NCBI GenBank assembly: GCA_032161105.1
Contig: JAVHTD010000023.1
DNA: 31,003 nt
Direction: 5' to 3' (one strand)
From: Candidatus Thermosaccharophagus tengchongensis
GTDB lineage: Bacteria; Armatimonadota; Fervidibacteria; Fervidibacterales; Thermosaccharophagaceae
Shown here piece after piece: positions 9,150 to 19,988 of this stretch. Below the pieces are notes generated by a model. The model was given only the letters and a program-made list of their open reading frames with translations. It had not been told where the DNA came from and ran no database searches. How positions within the stretch are numbered: the first letter of the stretch is position 1; every line of letters begins with the position of its first letter. The translations under genes and the position numbers were made by a program.

Positions 9150-10088
9150 TTGAGCGATGACGGGGTGAGGTTGGTGGAAGCTCAAACGGCATCCAATTTT
9201 AACTCGGCGTCAAATCTCGTCATAGTAACTGGAATGTCTGGTGCTGGGAAGACCCTCGCAAGCCGCTTCCTTGAGGACATGGGTTACTTTTGCATAGACA
9301 ACTTGCCACCGCAGCTTCTGGCGACGCTGTTGCAGCTTGCTGGCAAAGCGGCACCGCCGATTGAGCGTCTTGCGCTCGTCATTGACATACGGGGCGGTGA
9401 ATTCTTTGGCGAGCTTCACAAGTCGCTTGAGGAGCTCAGGAGCAAAGGCATCCGTTTCCAAATCCTCTTTCTTGATGCCGATGATGAAACGCTCATCAAC
9501 CGCTATAAGCAGACGAGGCGCCGTCACCCGCTAACTGATGGCGAGAAAGATTTGCGGCGGGCAATAGCTATTGAGCGAAAGATGCTTGAACCACTAAGGG
9601 CTATTGCTGACTTGGTAGTTGACACATCGCGCCTTTCACCGTGGGACTTAAAAGAAGAGTTGGCGAGGTTGATGATGAGGAGGGGCATGCTATTGATCAA
9701 GGTCATGTCATTCTCATACGCACATGGTGTCCCAACGGATGCGGACATCGTGTTTGATGTGCGCTTCCTGCCAAACCCAAATTACGAACCGAGTTTGAAG
9801 GATTTGAACGGATTGGATGAAGCGGTCAAGCAATTCATCTTTGATAGCGATGTGGGTAGGAGCTTCAAGTGCATGCTGTTTGAACTGATGGAGTTTTGCC
9901 TGCCGCACTATTTGCGCGAGGGCAAATCATACTTAGTGATTGCCATTGGATGCACAGGTGGAAGACACCGTTCGGTCGCTGTGGCGGATGAGTTGGCAAA
10001 CTGGTTGAAGCAACGCGGATGGGATTGCTTCGTGCAGCACCGTGAATTGCAAAGGGTTGGCATAGTGAACACAAATGCAAACCCATGA
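9150..10088 (+). CDS. rapZ: RNase adapter protein RapZ (YvcJ/YhbJ)
   Basis: VTGMSGAGKT P-loop, EDMGYFCIDNLP, DIRG, TRRRHPL, FDVRFLPNP and GCTGGRHRSV. Confidence 0.96.
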   Translation: MSDDGVRLVEAQTASNFNSASNLVIVTGMSGAGKTLASRFLEDMGYFCIDNLPPQLLATLLQLAGKAAPPIERLALVIDIRGGEFFGELHKSLEELRSKGIRFQILFLDADDETLINRYKQTRRRHPLTDGEKDLRRAIAIERKMLEPLRAIADLVVDTSRLSPWDLKEELARLMMRRGMLLIKVMSFSYAHGVPTDADIVFDVRFLPNPNYEPSLKDLNGLDEAVKQFIFDSDVGRSFKCMLFELMEFCLPHYLREGKSYLVIAIGCTGGRHRSVAVADELANWLKQRGWDCFVQHRELQRVGIVNTNANP

Positions 10089-10097
10089 TGGAGGTGA

Positions 10098-11159
<1,062 letters not shown>

Positions 11160-11269
11160 TGCCTTAAGTTGTTGGCAGTTGGTGTGTGCCCAGGTTGTGC
11201 ATTTGGTATCCTTCTGGACGGACGGTAACCTGCCTGTAAGCATTCCTTTGCGGCAGTTGAAAGCCTTTT

Positions 11270-11291
11270 GGGGCGGCTATCAAGCCGCCCC
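11270..11291. terminator. GC-rich hairpin between convergent gap and prepilin-like gene; possible terminator
   Basis: Perfect 9-bp stem GGGGCGGCT-ATCA-AGCCGCCCC; no classic downstream U-tract on either strand. Confidence 0.5.
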
Positions 11292-11347
11292 TGCATTCAA
11301 TTGCGCGCCTCTTTAGGATGCTGAGTGGGCAAGTGGATGCCATACAG

Positions 11348-12022
11348 TCACTTGTATGATGTGTCCCAGAACTTGCGCCAAATGTTTTCCGGCACAACAT
11401 GCACCTCGTTCTCTCCGGGCGGCGGGAGCGGATTGCCGTTTCCGTCCTCCTTCCATGTCGTGCTGTGAAATTGCTCTGGCTTCATCCATTTGACATGTCC
11501 GTCACCGAATAGAATGTTTGAGCCGTCATTGTGTATTCGGCAGACAGACCAAAAGCATGTTGAGCCACCATGGTATGCCCCAGTGGGTCCGTTAGGCGGT
11601 CCGGAGTTGCATCTATCCCACTCAACCGTGAGGATCTTATCAGCAGGGTTGGCAATCTGTGCCTCATGCCTTTCGGGAAAGCCGGGAGTGCCATCACAGC
11701 CGCTTATGCTTGATGGACATCCAAGATTGTATCCATGCCCATAATACCAAGGCAACTCTGGTCGGCTCGGGCATTTCCAAAGATCGCGGTTTTTCATGTA
11801 TGGGTCAAGGCGCGATTTCCACTGCGGGAACGGCGGGTAAACACCATCGTAGTCTGCCAGATACATCTGGAAGGCTAATCCATGTTGGCGCATGTTGCTT
11901 ATGCATGCACTTGCCCTCGCCTTCTCACGGGCACGGGCGAACACTGGGAACAGGATCGCCGCCAAGATGGCGATTATCGCTATAACGACCAAAAGCTCAA
12001 TCAGCGTGAATCCGCGGCGCAT
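11348..12022 (-). CDS. Prepilin-type N-terminal cleavage/methylation protein with C-terminal H-X9-DG motif (DUF1559-like)
   Basis: [36 protein letters not shown]...CISN; CPS motif; [29 protein letters not shown] before ATG 12022. Confidence 0.95.
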   Translation of the reverse strand: MRRGFTLIELLVVIAIIAILAAILFPVFARAREKARASACISNMRQHGLAFQMYLADYDGVYPPFPQWKSRLDPYMKNRDLWKCPSRPELPWYYGHGYNLGCPSSISGCDGTPGFPERHEAQIANPADKILTVEWDRCNSGPPNGPTGAYHGGSTCFWSVCRIHNDGSNILFGDGHVKWMKPEQFHSTTWKEDGNGNPLPPPGENEVHVVPENIWRKFWDTSYK

Positions 12023-12023
12023 T

Positions 12024-13274
12024 TCAATGCACCTCCTTGCTTCCATCATCGGTCACAAAGAAAGTCAAGGTTGTTCTGGCATTGCCCTGTTGGCAAGCAA
12101 CCAACCAAACACCGGTTCGGTCAAGTTTGAGGTTCGCCAGACCGAAATCGGTCGTCATCAGTTTGATGGGAAATTCTTCGTTCTCTCCGGCAGGCTTTGC
12201 TTCGGGGTAAGTGGCGTAGATAATGGCGGGTGTGGGAAACCCCTCTGACATCACAAGAACAGGGGCAATTGAACCAATTTTCCGCCTTGCAGAACTGTCA
12301 AGCATCAGTAAGGAAAGCGATGGCGGTCGTCTCAAAGGGGTCATTGAAGGTTCCTCGACATCCACGAGCGCTAAACCCACCATCTGGAAGCCTTGGGCTT
12401 GATCTTGTTTCTCATCACCGAACAGCCTTCTGCTACCCACCACTGCATCAATGCCGAAGGAGAATGGCTTTATGTCAATGACTGGTGTTCCATCAAATGC
12501 ATCCAACCCTTTGACGAAGAGTGTGTTCCCTTTCCGCTCAAGCAATTCAACTATGCAAATACCGATCGGATTGGGTCGGCTGGGTGACCTCGTGGCAAAT
12601 ACGCCGAAGATCTCATCGCCCCAGGGAGTCCTTGATGCGAGGACATCGCGGCGTGCCCTGTCCAACCAATAAAGCACAATTAAGTGAGATGCATGCTCAA
12701 TTCCCCTGAGCGCCTCGGCAAACTCGTCTCGGATTTTAATTTGACAGATTTCATGCGAGTAGCGACCTTGATGAGGTGGTCGCTTGCCTTCGGGACTGTA
12801 GGGGGACGAAATGGCACCGATCGGGTAAACGGAGAAGCCCTCACCCTCCTTCACGGTGAGCGGTTTGATGAGCTGTTTCCACTCCTCCTGTTCCGCTCGC
12901 TTTTGGGGTGTTTCCTGCGGTTGTTGTGCTTGGCGGCGCCGCGCATAAAGCCAAGCATGGATGATATATGTTCCCTTTTGCTCTGCCACAAACTTACCCA
13001 CCCACTCCTTCGTCGCTTCGTCGGGGCTTAGCTCCACAGTAAAGGTTTGACCATTGGGCTTAACGATCTCCACAAACTGTTGAGCTGAAACCAGGATGTC
13101 GCTCTTTGGGAATTCATCACCGTGACCGAGTCCAATGCGGAAAGTGACGGTCTCGCCAACCTTTGGTTTGTAGTTATCAACCACCACCCAAAGGAAGTGC
13201 GAGCTGGCAAGATCAAAGCAAACAGCTGTTAAGGCTACACTGAGCAACATTTTGGTTGCGCTTTTCAGTTGCAT
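12024..13274 (-). CDS. Secreted DUF4198-like protein with an internal TsaA/TrmO-like SAM-binding domain
   Basis: Signal peptide ...[11 protein letters not shown]4198-like N-part ([27 protein letters not shown]); TsaA motifs at about 12447-12836 ([50 protein letters not shown]); DUF4198-like C-part ([19 protein letters not shown]...TTLTF). GAGGAGGTG RBS before ATG 13274. Confidence 0.85.
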   Translation of the reverse strand: MQLKSATKMLLSVALTAVCFDLASSHFLWVVVDNYKPKVGETVTFRIGLGHGDEFPKSDILVSAQQFVEIVKPNGQTFTVELSPDEATKEWVGKFVAEQKGTYIIHAWLYARRRQAQQPQETPQKRAEQEEWKQLIKPLTVKEGEGFSVYPIGAISSPYSPEGKRPPHQGRYSHEICQIKIRDEFAEALRGIEHASHLIVLYWLDRARRDVLASRTPWGDEIFGVFATRSPSRPNPIGICIVELLERKGNTLFVKGLDAFDGTPVIDIKPFSFGIDAVVGSRRLFGDEKQDQAQGFQMVGLALVDVEEPSMTPLRRPPSLSLLMLDSSARRKIGSIAPVLVMSEGFPTPAIIYATYPEAKPAGENEEFPIKLMTTDFGLANLKLDRTGVWLVACQQGNARTTLTFFVTDDGSKEVH

Positions 13275-13296
13275 CTCTTGATGCACCTCCTCTTGC

Positions 13297-13983
13297 TTAT
13301 TGGGGGTCATACCACCAGATCTCTGGTGGTTGCGCCGAGCAGATTTTGTCCTTACGCAGCGCCTTCACATGACCATCAATGAAGAGCGCACTCGCGCATT
13401 CAAAATGCCTGTCAGCCACATCTCCATCACAACTTGAGCGCCTCACAACATGTCCTGGGGAATCGCAAACCCACATGACTTCAGCGGGTCGGTCAATCCT
13501 GGCAAGAGGCGGTGGCGGGACAAGATCTGCATTGCCATTGGGAGCAATGACAAATCCGGAAACATTTCCATTGATGCCGTAAGAGACATAAGAGATTGCT
13601 TGTCCCATCATCATGCGTGACACTTCTTTTTGGCTCGGACACCAGAAGAGGTCTTCGTATTGGAAGACCGTCGTTCCAGACGGATCTGTTGTCCGCGTAT
13701 ATGTTCGGCTTGCGAGGTAAGGCTTAATCAATTCCTGCCAGCCGTAAGCACCGATTCGCCAAGCGCCTCGCTGAACATCCGGATACGACCAAGGCACAAG
13801 GCGTTCATCGTAGTCTTGGGAATACATTTGCAATGCCATTCCGATCTGCTTAAGGTTTGACGCGCATCGCGTTTTTCTCGCCGATTCTCGTGCCCTTGAT
13901 AGCACCGGAAGCAGCATCGCCGCCAAGATGGCGATTATCGCTATCACGACCAGAAGCTCAATCAGAGTGAATCCTCTCCTCAT
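13297..13983 (-). CDS. Prepilin-type N-terminal cleavage/methylation protein with C-terminal H-X9-DG motif (DUF1559-like)
   Basis: [36 protein letters not shown]...[44 protein letters not shown]. The frame stays open upstream to ATG 14187. Confidence 0.95.
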   Translation of the reverse strand: MRRGFTLIELLVVIAIIAILAAMLLPVLSRARESARKTRCASNLKQIGMALQMYSQDYDERLVPWSYPDVQRGAWRIGAYGWQELIKPYLASRTYTRTTDPSGTTVFQYEDLFWCPSQKEVSRMMMGQAISYVSYGINGNVSGFVIAPNGNADLVPPPPLARIDRPAEVMWVCDSPGHVVRRSSCDGDVADRHFECASALFIDGHVKALRKDKICSAQPPEIWWYDPQ

Positions 13984-14204
13984 CTCAACACACCCCCTTC
14001 TGCATGCGCTCATCACCGACAATTCAACCGTTCGTTGTCCGGGGGCTCTTTTGAGCCGTGCGGCGCACAGATTTGCGTGTGGAGTTGTTGGGGCTTCATC
14101 TGGGGTAGGGTGATTCCCTTCCCCGAACAGCCTCACAGAGAGTGCACCATCAGCGCGTCCGCTCAACCATGCCCTCAAGCTCACCATTCAACTCCCCCTC
14201 CTCG

Positions 14205-14231
14205 CTATGACGAAATTAAAATTCGTAACAC
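14205..14231. promoter_or_regulatory. NikR-like operator candidate
   Basis: CTATGAC-GAAATTAAAATTC-GTAACAC (7-13-7, with inner ACGAA/TTCGT symmetry) closely resembles the E. coli nikA operator GTATGAC-N14-GTCATAC and sits just downstream of the predicted -10. Confidence 0.55.
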
Positions 14232-14289
14232 CACATCAGCAGTGTAGCGCGCTCCTCTCGGATGTAAAGTCAGCCTCGGTTTCAAAGCA
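14213..14289. repeat. Imperfect direct repeat, copy A
   Basis: First 29 nt match 19815-19843 at 27/29; shared GCTCC, ATGTAAAG and CAAAGCA blocks follow. Confidence 0.85.
14241..14268 (-). promoter_or_regulatory. Sigma70-type promoter candidate for the prepilin/TsaA-fusion operon
   Basis: Minus strand TTTACA-N16-TACACT. Confidence 0.5.
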
Positions 14290-14949
14290 AACGAATTGAG
14301 CCAGTTTAATTCGGATGCTCAGCGTGCATCCGCACTGGCAAGTTGGCGGGAAATTTCTTGTTAAGATTCCATAAAAGTTATTACCGAAGTCGGTGGGTTC
14401 AAGTCGCTTAAGTGGCGGATAAAGCTGCTCCTGCGGCTGGCATTGTTGCTGTTGCGGTGTTGGCGCGATGATGTTTTGTTTGTGACATGGTTCTGGCTTT
14501 AGGTTGATTGGATAAATCGCTTCGCTCGTTGCTCAGTTGACCATGCAATTCATCTGCTCGGTTCATCCTACCACAACGCGCTTGTTGGCGTGACGGGAAG
14601 GCTACAAACCGTTGGGGCGTTAACTTGAGGGCTTTGTTGAAAGCGGATCACATCGTCTCTCGGGAAAGCCAAACTAAGTTGACTATTGTGAGCTCGCTGA
14701 CTTGTGGTCGGCAGCTTGTCTGGAAAGAAGCGAAACATGCATACGCTGCAATCTATGGTGGCATAGCATTGAGTGATTGAGGAGTTGGAAGGGCGAAGGC
14801 ATTCAACAGGTGATGAATAGCCGAGGGAACACTGCTCATCAAAATTTTGGCTTGAGAGGAGTCAGCCCTACGATGTCGTCGGTTGAAAGCAGATGCTGCA
14901 CTTTTCCCAACTAACAAACTCGCGCTGATCGCAATGCGTCATTCATGCA

Positions 14950-15717
14950 TCATTCGTAAGCGAACGAAACTTCGGCGTGGACGGTTACTCTTATCGGTTG
15001 CCAAACAAATGTCCCGATTGAGTCTCGCCCTTCAGGTGTGATGGCATGTCGTTCGGGAAGAGTGCGAATGTCGTGGACGGTCAACCGAACCAACCTCAAA
15101 CTCACCTTGCCGATATGTTTGGCTGCTTGCTCTGCCAGCCTCTTTGCTCGGTTGAGCGCATCATCCATCGCTTGCTGAATCAACTTGTCTGGGTCATGAA
15201 TCATGAACTCAAACAGTGTATAAGGCATTCGCTCGGAATAGGAGCTATAGCGCTCCTCTGTGGTTACTGTAGGGCGAGCGCCTTGCTGAAGAACGGTGTC
15301 AGCAATTTGCAGTAATTTGTCGAGCGTCCCAACGCTGACTGGCATCGTGACTCCGTAACCCCCTTGCACGCGATAACCCAAAGGGCGGAGTGTAACTGGT
15401 GAGGGGACGCCTGACGAGATGTTGGGCTGAAGAGATATGACCGCAAACCGTTCAGTGTTAATTTGACCCCGTTGGATGCCGACCTTCTCAAGCTCTTTGA
15501 ACACGGATTGCTCAATCTGCTGGAGTTGTTCTTGAGCCTTGCTAAGTGTCTCGCCCTCACCAACAATCGTGAACCTCAAAACAACCGTCTCTGGAAAAGC
15601 TTGAGATTCACCTGTGACGCGAAAGACAAGTGGGGCTTGATTTTGGCTTTTGGGTTGAGCCAATGCCAACCCGACAAAGCCGATTAAGGTCGCAGCAACA
15701 AATGACCGCACCATCAT
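14950..15717 (-). CDS. Secreted SIMPL (DUF541) domain protein
   Basis: Signal peptide ...LALA; RVTGES.AFPETVVLRFTI, LEKVGI...INT, GYRV and QQAMDDALNRAKRLA; ends VTVHAEVSF. AGGAGGTG RBS before ATG 15717. Confidence 0.85.
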   Translation of the reverse strand: MMVRSFVAATLIGFVGLALAQPKSQNQAPLVFRVTGESQAFPETVVLRFTIVGEGETLSKAQEQLQQIEQSVFKELEKVGIQRGQINTERFAVISLQPNISSGVPSPVTLRPLGYRVQGGYGVTMPVSVGTLDKLLQIADTVLQQGARPTVTTEERYSSYSERMPYTLFEFMIHDPDKLIQQAMDDALNRAKRLAEQAAKHIGKVSLRLVRLTVHDIRTLPERHAITPEGRDSIGTFVWQPIRVTVHAEVSFAYE

Positions 15718-15817
15718 GATGCTCCACCTCCTGAAGATTGTAGCATTGCCCCTTTGCGGGCGGCTTGTTAAAAGCCATGTAGACATTACGCCACCAAAAA
15801 CTTTTGCCGAACAGACT

Positions 15818-15838
15818 GGGCGAGCCTCTGGCTTGCCC
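15818..15838. terminator. Small hairpin between the TPR and SIMPL genes
   Basis: GGGCGAGCC-TCT-GGCTTGCCC, about 15 nt after the TGA at 15853. Confidence 0.35.
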
Positions 15839-15852
15839 TTTGAGATGGCTCT

Positions 15853-18800
15853 TCACTCTGCCAACTTTTTTAACCGCTCAAACCAAGTCGTTTTACTGAA
15901 ATCGGTGTCGGGTCGTTCAATCCAAAGCTGGCGCAGCCATTGTTTCAGTGACTTTTCGTCACCAGAAGCCTTGACCGCTTTATGGAACGCAGCCTCAAAC
16001 AATCCCCACCAAGCATTAGCAACTTCGTCCAGTAACCGCTCCTACGAGAACTGCTTAGCAGTAATGGAGAAGCGTTTCACTTGCCAAAGTGTTTGCTCCA
16101 AAAAATCACGCGGGATAATGCCCTCCGCTGTTTCCAAACACTGCCGCAGTATTTGAGCAAGTTCAATCAAGCTGTCAGGCGCAGCATTAACGGTCAGTTG
16201 ACGAGTTTGCGGGTTGAACGAATAAAGCAAATTTAACTCCCGAACATTTCCAAGCTCCTCAGCGAGCACACTTGGCAAAATTTTTCGGCTTTGCAAGTAA
16301 CTACTCAGATGCTTTGCAATTTGCCGCCGCGCTTCCTCTGGAACATCAGCGCAAATCATCACGCCCATGACCTTACGCAAGATCCATTGAGGACCGTCCT
16401 TATCAAGCGTCTCACACAGGGTGGCGATGCCTCGCAAGTTATTTCCAGACCAGAAGTGAACCAAGGCGAGTTCGGAAAACATGTTAATCCTCATCCCCCT
16501 TGAAAAATTGCAAGCGGGCTCAAGCAATGGCGCAACTTTTGAAGCCAAATCCTTTCGCTCCTTAGCGATTTGGTAAAGCACATTGGAAAGGCATTGCAGA
16601 TGGTAGGGCGGGTCAGAGTGTGGTTCCGCCACAAGGAAGTTAGGCAACCGCTTTGAGACTTCCTCAAGGGCAAGTTCTGGGTCAACTTGTGCGAGAATTT
16701 TCAACGCTTTGGTTTGATCTTCAAGCGAAAGCCCTAACTCCAATGCTCGCTGTGCTGCTTGTTTTGCTTCGTCAAGCCTGTTTGCTTGCCACGCAGTTTG
16801 AGCCCACAGTAACAAAGCCTTCCCATCCTTGGCTTTATCGCCTTCATGTGGCTCGGGCAACTTTCCCGTCAATTCTGCCAATTGAGCCATCAGTTTGGGT
16901 TTATGCCCTTCGGGTGCATGTTTGAGGGCGATTTTTAGCAATGTGATGGCTTCCTCTCGGAAGCCTTTATGAGCAATTTTCTTCGGTAATTCCCCTCCAT
17001 AAAGGGGTGTTGTCAGTAGGTGCCAGTCAACGCCTCTCCAGTCGGCTTTTTCCAAAGAATTCAGCCACTCGTTGAGTTGCTCACGGGTTATAGTTGGCAT
17101 GCCCCTCTGAATTTGGGAAATAATTGCCTGTGCTGACCAAGTTTGCGTTTTTTGGATCTGCTCTAACCACTTTTGAAAGGCTTCTCGATTTGGGAAGTCC
17201 GCCATGTAGCCTTTAATGTGCATCAGGTCAAGCGCATGCTGGTTAAGCCGCTCTTTCGCCAGAATTTCCCCCAATTCCTCCCCATCCTCGGGCTTCAGAG
17301 ATGCCCACCATTTGCTGGTTGAAGTTTCAATCAAGTGCCAAACATCGTGCCAAACATCAGTGTTTCCAGTTTCAGCGAGCAAAACCGATGCAATCATAAA
17401 TGCCCCGTAAAGGGAGGTTTCTCCGAGATTCAAGATGGTGTTCCCAGTTGGTTCAACAGTTCGCAGCCATCCTGCAAATTGGTATTCGGGGGCTCTGCTT
17501 TGAACCCAACGGACAAAAGGCACCAATGCGCTGACGCGGTTCACAAACATGTTTACGGCGAGTAAGTAACCTTCACGCCAATTTGGTTGACCCGCCATCA
17601 ATTCATCAGCAATACGGTTTGCCTCGGGTGCTTTGCCCGCTTTGACTGTAGCGTAAGCGAGGCGAAGGAGCGCATCGTGGTCTGGAACGGCAAGTTTTTG
17701 CCATCTTTCCTTAACCCGTTCCAATTCGGTAGCCCAATTGATTACAGCGATTTGAGCCAACCCCTGAACTCGGTCCACAAACGGGTAATCAGGGTAGAGA
17801 CGTGTTGCCTCATCCAAAACCTGTTTTGCCTCCCCCTTTCTGCCCAGCTGCAAAAGGCATTTTAACTGCAACTCATAAGTTTCGGGGTGAAACAGCGCGC
17901 TCGTCCGAGCAACTTTTGCTCGCAGCTCTTGCGCCCGTTCAAAATCCTGCGGGTTGGGCGAGCGAAGCAAGTAGTAAACCAGCGCGTGAATTTCCGCATC
18001 TTTAAGCCAATCTCGCCCTTTCGCGATCGCGAGCGCCTCGTTAAGCCACTCAAGCGCTTCCTGCGGTTTATTTTGTCGCATCCACAAGCGAGCAACCTCA
18101 ACGAAATAGCCGAGCGGAATCGCATTTCGTTGCTCCTTCAGCCATTCCACCAATTGTGGAAGTTGTTGGTGTCGGGACGAGATGTCCCAAAGTCGTGATA
18201 ACAGGTTGCTTTCAATAATTCCCGCCTCAGCGTTTCGCTTCACCAGCTCTTTCAGCATTTCAATCGCTTGGTTCGGGTAGCCAGCATGCTCGTAGGCAAA
18301 AGCTAATAGTGCCAACAAACGGGGTTCGTTTGGAAAGATGAGCAAACCTTGTTTAAGCAGCCAAATGGCTCGCTCAGGTTCGCGGTTGCTGACATCGTGA
18401 GCGATTGCTTCCAGCAAATTCACGCCAGTTTCATGAGGGGTTCTGAAAGGTTTGCTCATGAACAGCTGCATCCAGTGTGAAAACCTCGCTGGATTGAAGG
18501 CAGCATCGCAAAGCAAAACTTGCTTTGTCTCGTAGGGCAGGCAAGGCACGATGTCAAGTTGAATCAATTCAACGACGAAATCGTGCGACCCATGAGCGAG
18601 CATCTTGCGGATGCTGTTAGCGCTAAGCACAATAGTGCAAAATTGGCGGGGAAAATCAACCAAAGCGCGGATAAGTGCTTTCACCTTTGTCAAGTCGCCT
18701 TCTTCAAGGGCGCGCTGAAAGTCCTTACTGATGGTGGCAGCGGTAACAGTTGGTTTCAACAACGGCGGGAGCAAAGCCAGAACCTGCTTGCGACCCTCTT

Positions 18801-19623
18801 CCCATTTCATCTGCTCGCACAAGTTTGCCAGTTCAAAAAGCAAATTTGGCTGGTCTTTCATTGTTTGCACCGCTTTTGCAAAACCTCTTTTGAATTCGTC
18901 TATCTGCTGTGTTCGCCAAAGCATCTGTAGCGCTGCGAACCACAAGAATGGGTTTTCAGTTTGCTCAGCATCGTGAAACCAAGATTGAGCGATTTGGGCT
19001 TGTTGTTCTCTTGTGACAAAACTTGAAGTGAGGATGTGAATGGCGGCGAAGACATCGCCTTTGATAACTGCCTCACGCAGCAATTTCAAACCCTGCTCGC
19101 GTTCGCCCGTGCTGAGCCAAAACCATGCCTCATTCGCTTTTGTCGGGAGTAGCCAATCCTTTGGGACAAGTTGCAAAATTCGCCTTTGTGTCTCGGCAGG
19201 CAAAGTAGCGAAAGGCGATGGATAAAGCCAACCTTCGTAATCGTAACCCAACTGCATCCTTCGCTGTCTCAACTCTTCTGGCAACCTCCCCATCAGCAAA
19301 TCGCAAACAAATCGCTTCAAATCAACGGACGCTTTGGGGTCTTTACTGAGAAGCTCCAACGCTTGAACGAGCTGGTGAGCAACTTCATTAGAGCGGTTAA
19401 GCAGGATGAGCATTTCGGCATATTTGATGCGAAGGAGCGGATTTTCTGGTTGAAGGTTAACAGCGCGAGCATAGGCTGAAGATGCTTCACCGATTCTATT
19501 CTCCAACTCCGCTTGCCACGCTTGGGTGAGCAAATCGCCGAGCAGCGGTTGTTGAGACGAAATTTCCTCAAGCGCCATAGCGAGCACCACAAAGCCCAAA
19601 ACTGCTTTGAGCCAGCCACGCAT
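15853..19623 (-). CDS. Very large secreted TPR/alpha-solenoid protein with an in-frame TAG at 16042-16044 (annotated stop); the frame continues 62 codons to TGA 15853
   Basis: Signal-like N-terminus MRGWLKAVLGFVVLAMA from ATG 19623; multiple TPR-like helices (AYARAVNLQPENP, LAFAYEHAGYPNQAIEML, AKQAAQRALELG). Confidence 0.8.
17335..17358. repeat. 12-bp perfect tandem duplication within the TPR gene
   Basis: GTGCCAAACATC twice, encoding DVWH-DVWH. Confidence 0.9.
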
Positions 19624-19814
19624 ATGAAACCACCATCCTTGCACAGGCTTCTCGGTTCTTGCCCCGACAACAATTATGCACCTTTATCGCTATCGCGACA
19701 AAAGGCTCAATCGGAGTGAACGCCATTTCTCATCCCTCAGTGCGCCTCCCCTTGAAATCACTTGTCGCCAACAACTCAATCAACCCGCCCCAGTGACTTA
19801 CCTCAATACACCTC

Positions 19815-19886
19815 AAATCAAAATTCGTAACACCACACCAGCATCGTGGTGCTCCCTCAATGTAAAGCCACTGCGATCGCAAAGCA
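19815..19886. repeat. Imperfect direct repeat, copy B (decayed promoter/operator copy)
   Basis: AAATCAAAATTCGTAACACCACACCAGCA...ATGTAAAG...CAAAGCA; lacks the CTATGAC half-site and is 4 nt shorter between the -35 and -10 equivalents. Confidence 0.85.
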
Positions 19887-19988
19887 GCGTAAGGGTTCAC
19901 AGCGCTCACCAACCAAAGTGCGATGCGCTAACCACAGCGAAGCCTTGATGCGTGGGGCTAAGCGCGGTCAACTGAATCATTGCTCCAA

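Noticed and set aside
12447..12836. Calling the fusion gene a bona fide tsaA/trmO
   Set aside because: The domain is embedded in a signal-peptide-bearing protein, so tRNA methylation is not supported; gene symbol withheld.
14640..14710. HNH-like DHIV...C peptide on the plus strand
   Set aside because: Only a four-residue match; lacks the GG and N of HNH motifs and has no supporting ORF.
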